Position numbers and translations under genes: made by a program | From: Bdellovibrionales bacterium | GTDB taxonomy: Bacteria > Bdellovibrionota > Bdellovibrionia > Bdellovibrionales > UBA1609 | Length of the DNA: 64,000 nucleotides | Direction: 5' to 3' | NCBI GenBank assembly: GCA_965199825.1 | Contig: OZ241329.1 | Coordinates: forward strand, 1,888,001 to 1,952,000 | In this document: piece by piece, positions 18,631 through 27,984 of the stretch | How positions within the stretch are numbered: the stretch's first letter is position 1 | Layout: every line of letters begins with the position of its first letter | Notes under the pieces: model-generated | What the model was told of the DNA's origin: nothing | The model's database searches: none | What the model saw: only the letters and a program-made list of their open reading frames with translations

Positions 18631-19433
18631 CGCCGATTTTATATACCTGCCTTTCCTTGTTAGGTTTTGTTTCTCCACCCACTGGTTTTGATCAGTGGCG
18701 TTTAAATCAAATGATCTATCTTAAGGAAAAAATCAGTCTTGATACCGAACGAATTCATAGGATTGATCGCAGGGTTTCACGCCTTAATAAAAAAAGTGTT
18801 GATGCGGTCAATATCCTTCAAGCGCGGATCGCAAGGTATCAAACCAAAAATGAAATAAGATTTTTTGCAAAGTGGTATCAAAATTTGCAAACCCAAATCG
18901 ATCAACTTCCCCAAAAAAAAGGTTGGCGAGAGTGGACTCTCAAAATTGATCAAAAAAAATATGAAGATCCCATTCGGCTTTTTGATTTGGCACTCCCAAA
19001 ACAACTTCAAGTCACATTTGATGGGCCCGATTCATCAATTGCTGACCAGCATTTTAATTCTCTTTATCAGCTGCTAAGAAAAACACTCCCTTATTTGCAA
19101 CCCAAATACCGTGCGTTTAACCGCATGAACTACCTCAACACTCATAGCCAAAAAATAATCGGAGCCTATCCACAAATTGCTTTGGAAATAGAGCATGCGA
19201 TTTATGAAATATCTGAAGATCACCGCTCGCCACAATATAGCTCGATCAGCAAATTGGGAGAGTGTCTTGATAAAATGGATTTGATTTGGGGGCAGATCGT
19301 GTTGACTCGGCCTCATCATATCGAGCTCTACATTAAAGATTTGGCGGAGCTTTTAGAAACTCTTTTCGATCATCTTAAACGTTATGATGCGACAGGTTCT
19401 TTTCCTCAGGCGGATCAACAAGCGGCTCAATAA
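18627..19433 (+). CDS. Hypothetical helical protein, paralog of the previous gene
   Basis: ATGA overlap; shared IL..CL.LLG, GF..W, H.QKIIG.YP and D.IW..I motifs. Confidence 0.7.
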   Translation: MTPILYTCLSLLGFVSPPTGFDQWRLNQMIYLKEKISLDTERIHRIDRRVSRLNKKSVDAVNILQARIARYQTKNEIRFFAKWYQNLQTQIDQLPQKKGWREWTLKIDQKKYEDPIRLFDLALPKQLQVTFDGPDSSIADQHFNSLYQLLRKTLPYLQPKYRAFNRMNYLNTHSQKIIGAYPQIALEIEHAIYEISEDHRSPQYSSISKLGECLDKMDLIWGQIVLTRPHHIELYIKDLAELLETLFDHLKRYDATGSFPQADQQAAQ

Positions 19434-20805
19434 AAATCGGCAGCGAAAATGAAAACACAGAACCTTGGCCCACCTGACTTTCAACCCAGATGTCTCCTTC
19501 ATGAGCGTGAACAATGGATTGGGCGATACTGAGGCCAAGGCCCATACCGTGTTGAGAAGTTTCACGCACTTGCCAGTACCGTTTAAAAATGTGAGGCAAC
19601 TGATCACTAGGGATGCCCGGGCCGGTATCTGTAACCGCAATAATGGCGAATTTTCCCATTATTTTTGCCTCGATTGAAACTTCGCCGCCGTTTTTTGTAA
19701 ACTTCAAAGCATTACCTAAAAGATTTGAGATCACTTGATCAATCCGAGTGATATCTAAAAACGCGACTGTTTCATTGAGAGTAATATTCTTGCTGAGCCT
19801 TATGGATTGGAGGTCTGCCAGTGGTGTGAAGCGGATAAAAATATCTTGGAGGATTGAGGCCACATTGCTCGATGTTCGATTCAACTCCAAAGATCCTGCC
19901 TCTATTTTTGCGTGATCGAGGAGGTCATTGATCAATCGCTGCATCGATTGGGCAGATCTTAAAACCACTTGCAAAGTATGTGGCATGTCCACGCCCGAAC
20001 CTTTGCGAATTTGGCGTGAAGCCATCTCTGCACTCATTACAATTCCTGAAAGCGGATTTCTTAAATCGTGCGCCACCACCTCGATTGTTTTTTTACGGGC
20101 ATCAGAAAGTTCTAATTCTTTTTTATGTAATTCAGACCTGCGAATTTCATCAGCTTTTTTTCTTCGAACGAGTTGAATTAACAAGGTTGAGACAAAGAAA
20201 AATAAAATGACCGAAGCCACAGTGGCCGCACTCAAGGTGTTGATGATGTACTTTGTATTGATTTTATTTTGTTCTCGGGTGTCGTGATAATTCTGAAGTT
20301 TTTTGGCTTCAAAATCATCGATAGCTTCGCTTACGGTTGTAGCCTGTGCTGCTGGAGCATTTGTAAAGTAGCGGTTAACCTTGGCAATACTTGCTCCATG
20401 TTTTTTCATCTCGATGCCGGGCAAAGATAAGTGGATAAGCTGTTGGTGAGCGGTGCGGATATTTTCGAGCAAGATAAGGCTTTCGGTATCCTGACTTAAT
20501 TTTTGAAGACGACTCAAGTCGTCCGAAAAACTGCGATTGGCCTCACCATTTTTTTTAAGGTGTTCATAATCACCGCTCAATACAAAAAGCGGCATCGTCG
20601 ACATTTGCTCGGCCATTCTTAATTTTAAACTCTCCACAATTTGGAGTTCTTGAACTTCGTGTTCTAAAAAGTTGTTTTGGGCTTTTGTGATTTTTAAAAT
20701 CGAAAACATTGTGGATGAAATTATTAAAAAACCAACCGCGAGCAAAAACCCCATCGCAAAAATCAGCTTAAAATAAAATCCGAATTTAGGCGCTGAATCG
20801 GGCAT
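19375..20805 (-). CDS. Membrane sensor histidine kinase
   Basis: Two TM segments flanking a helical periplasmic domain; AHDLRNPL, NALKFT, GMGLGL. Confidence 0.93.
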   Translation of the reverse strand: MPDSAPKFGFYFKLIFAMGFLLAVGFLIISSTMFSILKITKAQNNFLEHEVQELQIVESLKLRMAEQMSTMPLFVLSGDYEHLKKNGEANRSFSDDLSRLQKLSQDTESLILLENIRTAHQQLIHLSLPGIEMKKHGASIAKVNRYFTNAPAAQATTVSEAIDDFEAKKLQNYHDTREQNKINTKYIINTLSAATVASVILFFFVSTLLIQLVRRKKADEIRRSELHKKELELSDARKKTIEVVAHDLRNPLSGIVMSAEMASRQIRKGSGVDMPHTLQVVLRSAQSMQRLINDLLDHAKIEAGSLELNRTSSNVASILQDIFIRFTPLADLQSIRLSKNITLNETVAFLDITRIDQVISNLLGNALKFTKNGGEVSIEAKIMGKFAIIAVTDTGPGIPSDQLPHIFKRYWQVRETSQHGMGLGLSIAQSIVHAHEGDIWVESQVGQGSVFSFSLPIFIEPLVDPPEEKNLSHHNV

Positions 20806-22858
20806 ACTGCAAAATAGTTTCTACAAGGTGTTTTGAATCTATCGGCTTTGGCAAAAAATCGGTGCAACCCACATCGCGGCATTTTTGCCGAACATCCGAT
20901 AAGGTGTGAGCGGTCAAAGCAATGATGGGTTGATTGAGTCCCATCGAACGTAATTTGCCGATGGCGGTGTAACCATCCATCACGGGCATCTGAAGATCCA
21001 TCAGGATCACATCATAATTTTTTGCCTGGGCTTTAATGAGTCCATCAAGACCATTCACCGCAATTTCGACCTGGGCTCCGTAACGAGTAAGGTAATTTGA
21101 GATCAGCTCTTGATTGTCGGGTGAGTCTTCGACAACCAAAATCCTCATATGATCGAGATTTAAATCTTTGGGTATTGGATGATTTTGTTTTTGTTCTTGA
21201 ACCCCACTCGCCGGGAGCAACTGATCACGGCTTTCGATTGTAAAAGAAAAACAACTGCCCTTATCAATTGCGGTTTTGACCAACTCAACATCACCACCCA
21301 TTGCTCGGGCAAGCGAGCGCGAAAGAGAAAGTCCAAGACCTGTACCGCCGTATCGTCGAGTCATTGAGTTGTCGGCTTGATTGAACATTTTAAACAATCG
21401 AGGAATTGAGATTTCGGATATCCCAACGCCGGTGTCGCTCACTTCGAATTTACAGCCTTTTTTGTTATTTTCTAAATTCGAAAGCCTGATTTCGACATAG
21501 CCTTTTTCGGTAAACTTGATTGCATTGCTCACAAGATTAATCAAAACTTGTTTGGCACGGGTCGGGTCAGTCACAATTTCTGTGGCCAAAGAGAGCTCGT
21601 TCACAAAAGTGAGACTCACATTTTTTTGTTTAGCAACAACAGTCATCAGTGCTGCAACTTCTTCGACCAGTTGAAGTGGGCTTAACTTAACGTAATCAAA
21701 ATTGACGTGACCTGTTTCAGCCTTTGAAAGATCTAAGATGTCGCTAATCAAACGCCCCAGCTGCTCGCCATTACGATGAAGGACAGAAATAAAATGGGCT
21801 CGATCTTGATCAGATAATTTGGGTTGCCCTAGCAGCTCTGCAAAACCGATCATCGCTCCCAGGGGGGTGCGAATCTCGTGCGACATATTGGCCAAAAAAG
21901 CGGTTTTTAAATTGTTGGCCCGCTCGGCTTCTTCTTTTGCTTTAACCAACTCATCTGCAGCAAGTTTGTGATCATGCACATCCGTATTTGTGCCAAACCA
22001 ACTCATCACTTGGCCTTTATTATCGGTGATTGGCAAAACGCGGGTTAAAAACCAACGAAATTGTCCATCGCGACCCTTCAGGGGCATGGTGATTTCAAGT
22101 TGTTTTTTATTCTTGAGCGACGCTTGCCACTCCTCAAGCACCCGATCAAGATGTTCGGGATCATGGACAGTTTGCCACCCCCATCCCTTCATCTGCTCAG
22201 GCGTTGATCCGGTGTAATCGTACCAACGAGAGTTGTACCAGTGAATAAATCCATCGGGCTCAGCCATAAATGCAAGTTGGGGAATGGAGTTGGCTAGCGT
22301 TTCAAAATGTTGATTGCGAACGTCTGCAATTTCAGCCTGATTAAGAAATCGGGCTAAAAAACTGCCCAAAAGTTTAAGCGAATCTTCCTCGTCTTTTGAA
22401 AAAAAATTGGTCTGAGCCGACATCACTTTGAGAACACCGACCACAGCACTTTGGGTGGTCAATGGAAGAACGATCATCGATTTAACACCAATTCTTTTGA
22501 CCGCTGTTAAATCGACGCGATCATCATTTTCGCTATCGGCGGAATAAAGAACTTTATTTTCACGCACACAAAGACCTGAAAGCGAAGATTGAAATTTTAA
22601 GCGAAGACCCAGTGAGCCCTTTGTCATTGGGCCAGAAATAGAATGGTAAACCATCTCATCTGCTTCTTGCAGTTCGATCACCGCACCCTCGGCCTGAGTC
22701 AACTCACAGGCAGAATCCACAATGGACTGCATGACTTTTTGTTGATCGAATCCGACTTCGGAGATGCGATTCAAAATTAAAATGATATGTCGCAATCGAG
22801 CCGCAGAAGCCTTTGATAAAAAGTCTTGTGTCTCGGAGGAATTAAAATCCATGAGCAT
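20786..22858 (-). CDS. Cytoplasmic hybrid histidine kinase (GAF, PAS, HisKA, HATPase, REC)
   Basis: GAF-like N-terminus; [41 protein letters not shown]; start uncertain (22852-22909). Confidence 0.93.
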   Translation of the reverse strand: MLMDFNSSETQDFLSKASAARLRHIILILNRISEVGFDQQKVMQSIVDSACELTQAEGAVIELQEADEMVYHSISGPMTKGSLGLRLKFQSSLSGLCVRENKVLYSADSENDDRVDLTAVKRIGVKSMIVLPLTTQSAVVGVLKVMSAQTNFFSKDEEDSLKLLGSFLARFLNQAEIADVRNQHFETLANSIPQLAFMAEPDGFIHWYNSRWYDYTGSTPEQMKGWGWQTVHDPEHLDRVLEEWQASLKNKKQLEITMPLKGRDGQFRWFLTRVLPITDNKGQVMSWFGTNTDVHDHKLAADELVKAKEEAERANNLKTAFLANMSHEIRTPLGAMIGFAELLGQPKLSDQDRAHFISVLHRNGEQLGRLISDILDLSKAETGHVNFDYVKLSPLQLVEEVAALMTVVAKQKNVSLTFVNELSLATEIVTDPTRAKQVLINLVSNAIKFTEKGYVEIRLSNLENNKKGCKFEVSDTGVGISEISIPRLFKMFNQADNSMTRRYGGTGLGLSLSRSLARAMGGDVELVKTAIDKGSCFSFTIESRDQLLPASGVQEQKQNHPIPKDLNLDHMRILVVEDSPDNQELISNYLTRYGAQVEIAVNGLDGLIKAQAKNYDVILMDLQMPVMDGYTAIGKLRSMGLNQPIIALTAHTLSDVRQKCRDVGCTDFLPKPIDSKHLVETILQYARFSA

Positions 22859-22935
22859 CAGCAACCCCTCGCCTCTCATATTGATGTAAAAAACCAGATA
22901 TCGAGGCAAGTATTAATTAAAAGGGATGGTGCGCG

Positions 22936-23484
22936 TCAGTGATGCTCAATGCGATAGTGAAATGGAATGGCCAACGACAACGTGGGCGGCGAGCCCTTCG
23001 GCGGGTTTGGAAAACGATTGATTTGTTTGACCGACTCTAAGGCTGCTTGATTGAGGTTTTCAAATGGCGAAGGGTTTTGAACTTTGAGATTTGAAAAAGT
23101 GCCATCTAGTGCCACATCCACCGACACCAACACATCGCCCTCTTGCTCGCGATCAATCGCACTTTTGGGATAAATCTTGTGATCTTGCAGAAGCTTCACA
23201 ACTTCCAAAATATAGATTCCAGTTTCACTGACAGTTAATTTGTGTTCGGGGATCAACGGCGAGCCAGTAGTCGGGATCATTTTTGTTGGCAAAGATTTTT
23301 TTGGCGCATGAAATGATTTTGGAATTTGAGAATTGAGCTCGGCATGGTGACCCATAGTCTCCACAAAATTTACGCTCACTGGCTCGACCTCAAGTTTTAA
23401 GTCGGGCGCTTTACTTTTTATAAAAATAAAAAGCAAAATAAAATGGATTAAAAATGAAGCAGCAACCCCAGCTTTTAAGCGCAT
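22936..23484 (-). CDS. TonB family energy transducer
   Basis: TM segment with SxxxH (SFLIH), linker, TonB_C YPKSA..EQEG.V.V..LNQAAL. Confidence 0.85.
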   Translation of the reverse strand: MRLKAGVAASFLIHFILLFIFIKSKAPDLKLEVEPVSVNFVETMGHHAELNSQIPKSFHAPKKSLPTKMIPTTGSPLIPEHKLTVSETGIYILEVVKLLQDHKIYPKSAIDREQEGDVLVSVDVALDGTFSNLKVQNPSPFENLNQAALESVKQINRFPNPPKGSPPTLSLAIPFHYRIEHH

Positions 23485-24731
23485 ATGTGATGAAGAGTTT
23501 GATTGATGGTTGACCAAAGATGCTCAATCTCATCCGGTGTGGAGCAGTAGGGTGGCATCGCATAAACGGTCGAGCCAAGAGTGCGAAGATAAATATTGTT
23601 TTTGAGCATTTCTAAATGAAAGCGGCGTGAAAAATCTCCGGCGTAATTTTGATTAAGATTTAATTCTAAAATGCCCACACTGCCAACCACCCGGGTCTCT
23701 CGAACAAAAGGAAAATCTTGGTTGAGACCTTTGAGATGTGCTTTTCGAAGACCATCGATATTTTTTAGAGTTTGGGATTGGCCAAATATTTTCAAATTGG
23801 CAAGAGCTGCAGCACAACTCAAAGCATTGCCGGTAAAACTATGACCATGAAACAGCATTTGATCGGGTGAGCTCGATAAAAAATGATCGAATACGGTTTT
23901 GGTGGTGACGGTCAATCCCATGGGGAGCACCCCAGCGGTCAATCCTTTTGAGAGACATAAAAAATCGGGGTTATGGTCGGTTTGCTCAAAAGCAAACAAG
24001 GTCCCGGTTCGCCCAAACCCGGTCATCACCTCATCAAAAATAATTTTGATATCATGCTCACGTGCAAGTGAACAAATTTTATTTAATGCTTCAATCGGCC
24101 AAGCAATCATTCCGCCGGCTCCCTGAAGAAGGGGTTCGATAATCACCGCACAAACAGTATGACCCTTTTGTTGGACTAACCGATTAAAATCATCCACCCA
24201 ATTTTCTAAGGGATCAGATAAATGCAATCCTTGCTGGGCTCTTAAAATCGGAAATTTAAGTTGTGAGTAAGCTTGGGTAAAGGTGCCGTCCGCACTCACG
24301 CTCATCGCCCCACAGGTGTCGCCGTGATAGGCCTTTTCAAAAGCGATAAACTCTTTGCGCTCAGGCTGGTGATTTTGCTTACAGCTTTGGTAAGCCATTT
24401 TCATCGCAACCTCCACAGCGGTTGAGCCATTGTCCGAAAAAAAAGCATGGTCTAACTGAGAGGGCAAAAAATTTTTAAACTCGGTCATAAATTCGTTGGC
24501 GCTATCATAGATAAAGTTGGCAAACACCACTTGCGAAAGTTTTTGAGATTGATCCGTGATGGCTTTCGTAATGCGGGGATCGGAATGCCCGTGTGTCACC
24601 AACCACCAACTTGAAATCGCATCAAAAATTTTTTTATTTTCTTTTGTGTAAAGATAAGCACCTCGAGCGTGACTGAGATGGACGGGCTCAAGTGCGGTTT
24701 GCATTTGTGTGTAGGGCCGCCAAATTTTCAA
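23475..24731 (-). CDS. bioA: Adenosylmethionine-8-amino-7-oxononanoate aminotransferase
   Basis: WRPYTQM, DAISSWW, SDNGSTAVEVAMK, YHGDT, DEVMTGFGRTG, LSKGLT. Confidence 0.97.
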   Translation of the reverse strand: MKIWRPYTQMQTALEPVHLSHARGAYLYTKENKKIFDAISSWWLVTHGHSDPRITKAITDQSQKLSQVVFANFIYDSANEFMTEFKNFLPSQLDHAFFSDNGSTAVEVAMKMAYQSCKQNHQPERKEFIAFEKAYHGDTCGAMSVSADGTFTQAYSQLKFPILRAQQGLHLSDPLENWVDDFNRLVQQKGHTVCAVIIEPLLQGAGGMIAWPIEALNKICSLAREHDIKIIFDEVMTGFGRTGTLFAFEQTDHNPDFLCLSKGLTAGVLPMGLTVTTKTVFDHFLSSSPDQMLFHGHSFTGNALSCAAALANLKIFGQSQTLKNIDGLRKAHLKGLNQDFPFVRETRVVGSVGILELNLNQNYAGDFSRRFHLEMLKNNIYLRTLGSTVYAMPPYCSTPDEIEHLWSTINQTLHHICA

Positions 24732-25297
24732 ATTGCGGCCTCAAACGCCTGCCATGTTCGGTTGAAACAATCCTCTTCAAGCTCAATCAATTTGTTTTTA
24801 ATTTCGAGTGAAATACTTTTTAGTACTTGCTGAACTTCGCTCAAATGATTTTCTTCATCATTCAAGATAGGCTTTAATGAAAAATCAAATTGAGATTGAT
24901 CTAAGATAGATTCGTAGATTCGGTAAACCTTTAAAGCACGCTCTTCAATCAACCAAGTGACCAACTGATAAATCAGTTTTGGTTGAGCACCTAGAATTTT
25001 TGCCACTCCTAAATCTAAATCGTAAAAGTAGGCCTTGATCGCTTTTTCGCTCAGCAAATTATCGGTGTTAAAACTAGAAAATTTTTGACCACCCACCTTC
25101 ATCGCCAAACGCTTAAAATAAACCGCGTGGCGCACTTCTTCGTAAGTATGGGTCAAAGTCTCGTCGTTGATGTCTTCAGTACCCAAAGAACGGGCAATTT
25201 TTCGAAAGCCACGATACTCGAGATATGAAAAACTATTTAAAAATTTAGCATGGAGTGTGGGCGATTGAACTACGGTTTGGATCAGCTGTTGAACCAT
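24728..25297 (-). CDS. Ferritin-like diiron protein in the biotin operon (BioE-like)
   Basis: E..EEVRH..IEERA..DEENH ligand pattern; overlaps both bioD and bioA. Confidence 0.75.
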   Translation of the reverse strand: MVQQLIQTVVQSPTLHAKFLNSFSYLEYRGFRKIARSLGTEDINDETLTHTYEEVRHAVYFKRLAMKVGGQKFSSFNTDNLLSEKAIKAYFYDLDLGVAKILGAQPKLIYQLVTWLIEERALKVYRIYESILDQSQFDFSLKPILNDEENHLSEVQQVLKSISLEIKNKLIELEEDCFNRTWQAFEAAI

Positions 25298-25884
25298 GAA
25301 AACTCCCAGTTTTTGGTGATATCGGACAATTGATGTAGAGTGATGTGTTCAAGAAAAGGAAGCTGACCAATGACTTTCACCTGTCCAAAATTTTCGATAG
25401 CCTCTTTATTTTCGAAATTGGGATCACCAACCATAATCACTCCAACGACTTCGATCTTTTTTGATTTTAATAGCTCAAGAGTCAACAAAGTATGATTGAT
25501 TGTTCCAAGGCGCGAGCGCGAAACCACCACGGTTTTACATTCAAGTGCCTTGATCAGATCAAACATAAACTGGGCAGAGTTAAGCGGAACAAAAACTCCA
25601 CCTGCACCCTCGATCATCGTCGAATCTTGAGGCTTTAGAGACACCACATGATCAAGCGAAATGGTTTGTTGGCTCAGTTGGGCTGCAAGGTGTGGACTTA
25701 ATGGGTGTTCCAAACAATAAGCCTCAACCGATGTTTTGATTCCAAAGTTTTTTATAATATCGGTATCGCGAGGTGTGCCGCATTGAATCGGCTTCCAATA
25801 ACCAAGATCAAGGTGATTGCACAGTGCAAGCGACGCGATTGTTTTCCCTACGTCGGTATCTGTTCCGGTTACAAACAGATTCAA
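25282..25884 (-). CDS. bioD: Dethiobiotin synthetase
   Basis: FVTGTDTDVGKT, WKPIQCG, SPHLAA, IEGAGG, LGTINHT; likely TTG start after GAGGAG. Confidence 0.96.
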   Translation of the reverse strand: MNLFVTGTDTDVGKTIASLALCNHLDLGYWKPIQCGTPRDTDIIKNFGIKTSVEAYCLEHPLSPHLAAQLSQQTISLDHVVSLKPQDSTMIEGAGGVFVPLNSAQFMFDLIKALECKTVVVSRSRLGTINHTLLTLELLKSKKIEVVGVIMVGDPNFENKEAIENFGQVKVIGQLPFLEHITLHQLSDITKNWEFSWFNS

Positions 25885-26990
25885 TTGAGCTCCTCTCTTA
25901 AACACAGAGCTAAATTCTTGATGTCTTGTGGCTGATGAAAACTTTTAAAAGTAAGACGCAGTCGCTCTTCGCCCTTTGGAACTGTAGGTGAGCGGATCGC
26001 CGCAATCGCAAAACCTTTTTGTTTCATTGCAGTTTGAATCCGCAGCACACTTTCATTTGAGCCGCATATTAAATTTCCGATATGATTTCCTTTAAGATTC
26101 AAATCGAGTTTTGCAAATTCGGTTTTTGCCAATTCGACATTTTGTTTCAACCGCTCGCGAAGCTCAGGGTGGTGTGACAAATAAATTAATGTGAAGTGAA
26201 TTTGAAACAAAACAAATGGTGGGAGTGCGGTGGAATAAATAAATCCTCGGCCCCGGTTGACGATCAGATTTTTAATTTCGGTCGAGCAGGTCACAAAGGC
26301 CCCATACCCTCCAAGAGCTTTTCCGGCGGTGTGGATCACCACCGTTTTTGAATCCGAATCCACAAGCCCATTGCCACTTGGTCCACAAACACCTGTGGCA
26401 TGGGCCTCGTCGATCACGAGCAAGGTCTCAAATTCTTCAGACAGGTTTTTTAAAATTTTAAGATCGGGACCATCCCCATCCATACTAAAAATCGATTCTG
26501 TCACGATTACTTTTTTATTAAAGTTGGAGTGAGTTAATTTTTTTTTCAGATCTTGTAAATCATTGTGCTTAAAAATCGAAATTTTGGATTTTGAAAGTCT
26601 CATCCCATCAATTAGGCTTGCATGATTGTACTCATCCGAAAAAAACTCGGTCTCAAAGTCACCTAATGCCTGCATCACTGATAGATTACAAAGATAGCCT
26701 GATCCTAAAATCAACGCAGCTTGAGAATTAAAGTGCTGTGCCAAAAATTGTTCGGTCTGAACTGTCACCGGGCTATACCCTGAGATCAGCGAAGATCCGG
26801 TGGATCCTAAATCATAATGATTTATATTTTTTAAAAGGTCTTTTTTTAAATCCGCATTTTTTGTCAGACCCAGATAATCGTTCGAACAAAAATCGATTCC
26901 GCTCGAAATCTGAAGTGTGCGGTAAAGACCATCTGATTGAAGTCGATCAAGGACTTCCATATGCCTGCGGCAAACTGCATTCGAGGCCAA
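25881..26990 (-). CDS. bioF: 8-amino-7-oxononanoate synthase
   Basis: FCSNDYLGL, NHASLIDG, ESIFSMDGD, DEAHA, GKALG, RSPTVP. Confidence 0.95.
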   Translation of the reverse strand: MASNAVCRRHMEVLDRLQSDGLYRTLQISSGIDFCSNDYLGLTKNADLKKDLLKNINHYDLGSTGSSLISGYSPVTVQTEQFLAQHFNSQAALILGSGYLCNLSVMQALGDFETEFFSDEYNHASLIDGMRLSKSKISIFKHNDLQDLKKKLTHSNFNKKVIVTESIFSMDGDGPDLKILKNLSEEFETLLVIDEAHATGVCGPSGNGLVDSDSKTVVIHTAGKALGGYGAFVTCSTEIKNLIVNRGRGFIYSTALPPFVLFQIHFTLIYLSHHPELRERLKQNVELAKTEFAKLDLNLKGNHIGNLICGSNESVLRIQTAMKQKGFAIAAIRSPTVPKGEERLRLTFKSFHQPQDIKNLALCLREELN

Positions 26991-27912
26991 GTTTTTTAAG
27001 TAAAGTTTGATCGGTCAATGTCTCGGGATTGGGTGATGTGAGCAATTTTTCTCCTAAGAAAATTGAATTTGCCCCACATAAAAAACACAGCAATTGGGCG
27101 TCATCACTCAAGCCTTTACGTCCCGCGCTCAGACGAATCATCGACTGGGGCGCAAGGATTCTCAAGGTCGCAATCACCCTAAGCAGATCAAAGGTTTCAA
27201 CCGGTTTGGCATTTTCTAATGGAGTGCCCGCGATCGGAATCAAAAGATTAATGGTGATGCTCTCAGGCTGTGGCGTCATATTGACCAAAGTAGTAATAAA
27301 AGAAATTCTGTCATTTTCGGTTTCGCCCATACCGAGAATTCCTCCGGTGCACACTTTGATTTCGGCTGAGCGCACATGACTTAAAGTACTGAGGCGATCG
27401 TTGTAGTCACGGGTTTGGATGATCTGATCGTAGTAGGCTTCAGAAGTATCAATATTGTGATTATAAAAATCTAAGCCCGCGTTTTTGAGCCGCTCAGCTT
27501 GTGAGGGTTTAAGCATTCCGAGGGTACAGCAGACTTCTAATCCCTCATGTTTGACCGCTGTGACCAGCTCTAAAACTTTATCAAAATCGGGACCGTCTTT
27601 AATTTCTCGCCAAGCTGCTCCCATACAAAAACGGCTTGCACCTTGGGCTTTTGCAAAACGCGCGGCATCGACAACTGCGGGCACGTCCATCACCTTTGTT
27701 TTTTCAACACCGGTTTTATAATGCGCCGATTGGGGACAGTACGCACAATTCTCAGGGCATCCTCCCGTTTTGATCGACAGCAGCGAAGAGGCTTGTAGCT
27801 CACTATTTTTAAAATATTTTTGATGAACACCGACAGCCGTCGAGATCAATTTAAAAAGGGGCATACTAAAAGTTGGAGAAATTTCAATCGACATGGCCAA
27901 ATTTCTTCTCAA
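26947..27912 (-). CDS. bioB: Biotin synthase
   Basis: CPENCAYCPQ radical-SAM motif, RFCMGAAWR, YNHNIDT, IRLSAGR. Confidence 0.98.
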   Translation of the reverse strand: MRRNLAMSIEISPTFSMPLFKLISTAVGVHQKYFKNSELQASSLLSIKTGGCPENCAYCPQSAHYKTGVEKTKVMDVPAVVDAARFAKAQGASRFCMGAAWREIKDGPDFDKVLELVTAVKHEGLEVCCTLGMLKPSQAERLKNAGLDFYNHNIDTSEAYYDQIIQTRDYNDRLSTLSHVRSAEIKVCTGGILGMGETENDRISFITTLVNMTPQPESITINLLIPIAGTPLENAKPVETFDLLRVIATLRILAPQSMIRLSAGRKGLSDDAQLLCFLCGANSIFLGEKLLTSPNPETLTDQTLLKKLGLECSLPQAYGSP

Positions 27913-27984
27913 AAGATCAAAAAAGCAAGCCGCCCAGAATTTAAGTTGAGAAATTATTTTTTAGAAAGAATCATCAACTTATCC

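Noticed and set aside
13276..22909. tRNA-anchored prophage or ICE
   Set aside because: No integrase, phage or conjugation genes, and no direct repeat of the tRNA 3' end was seen
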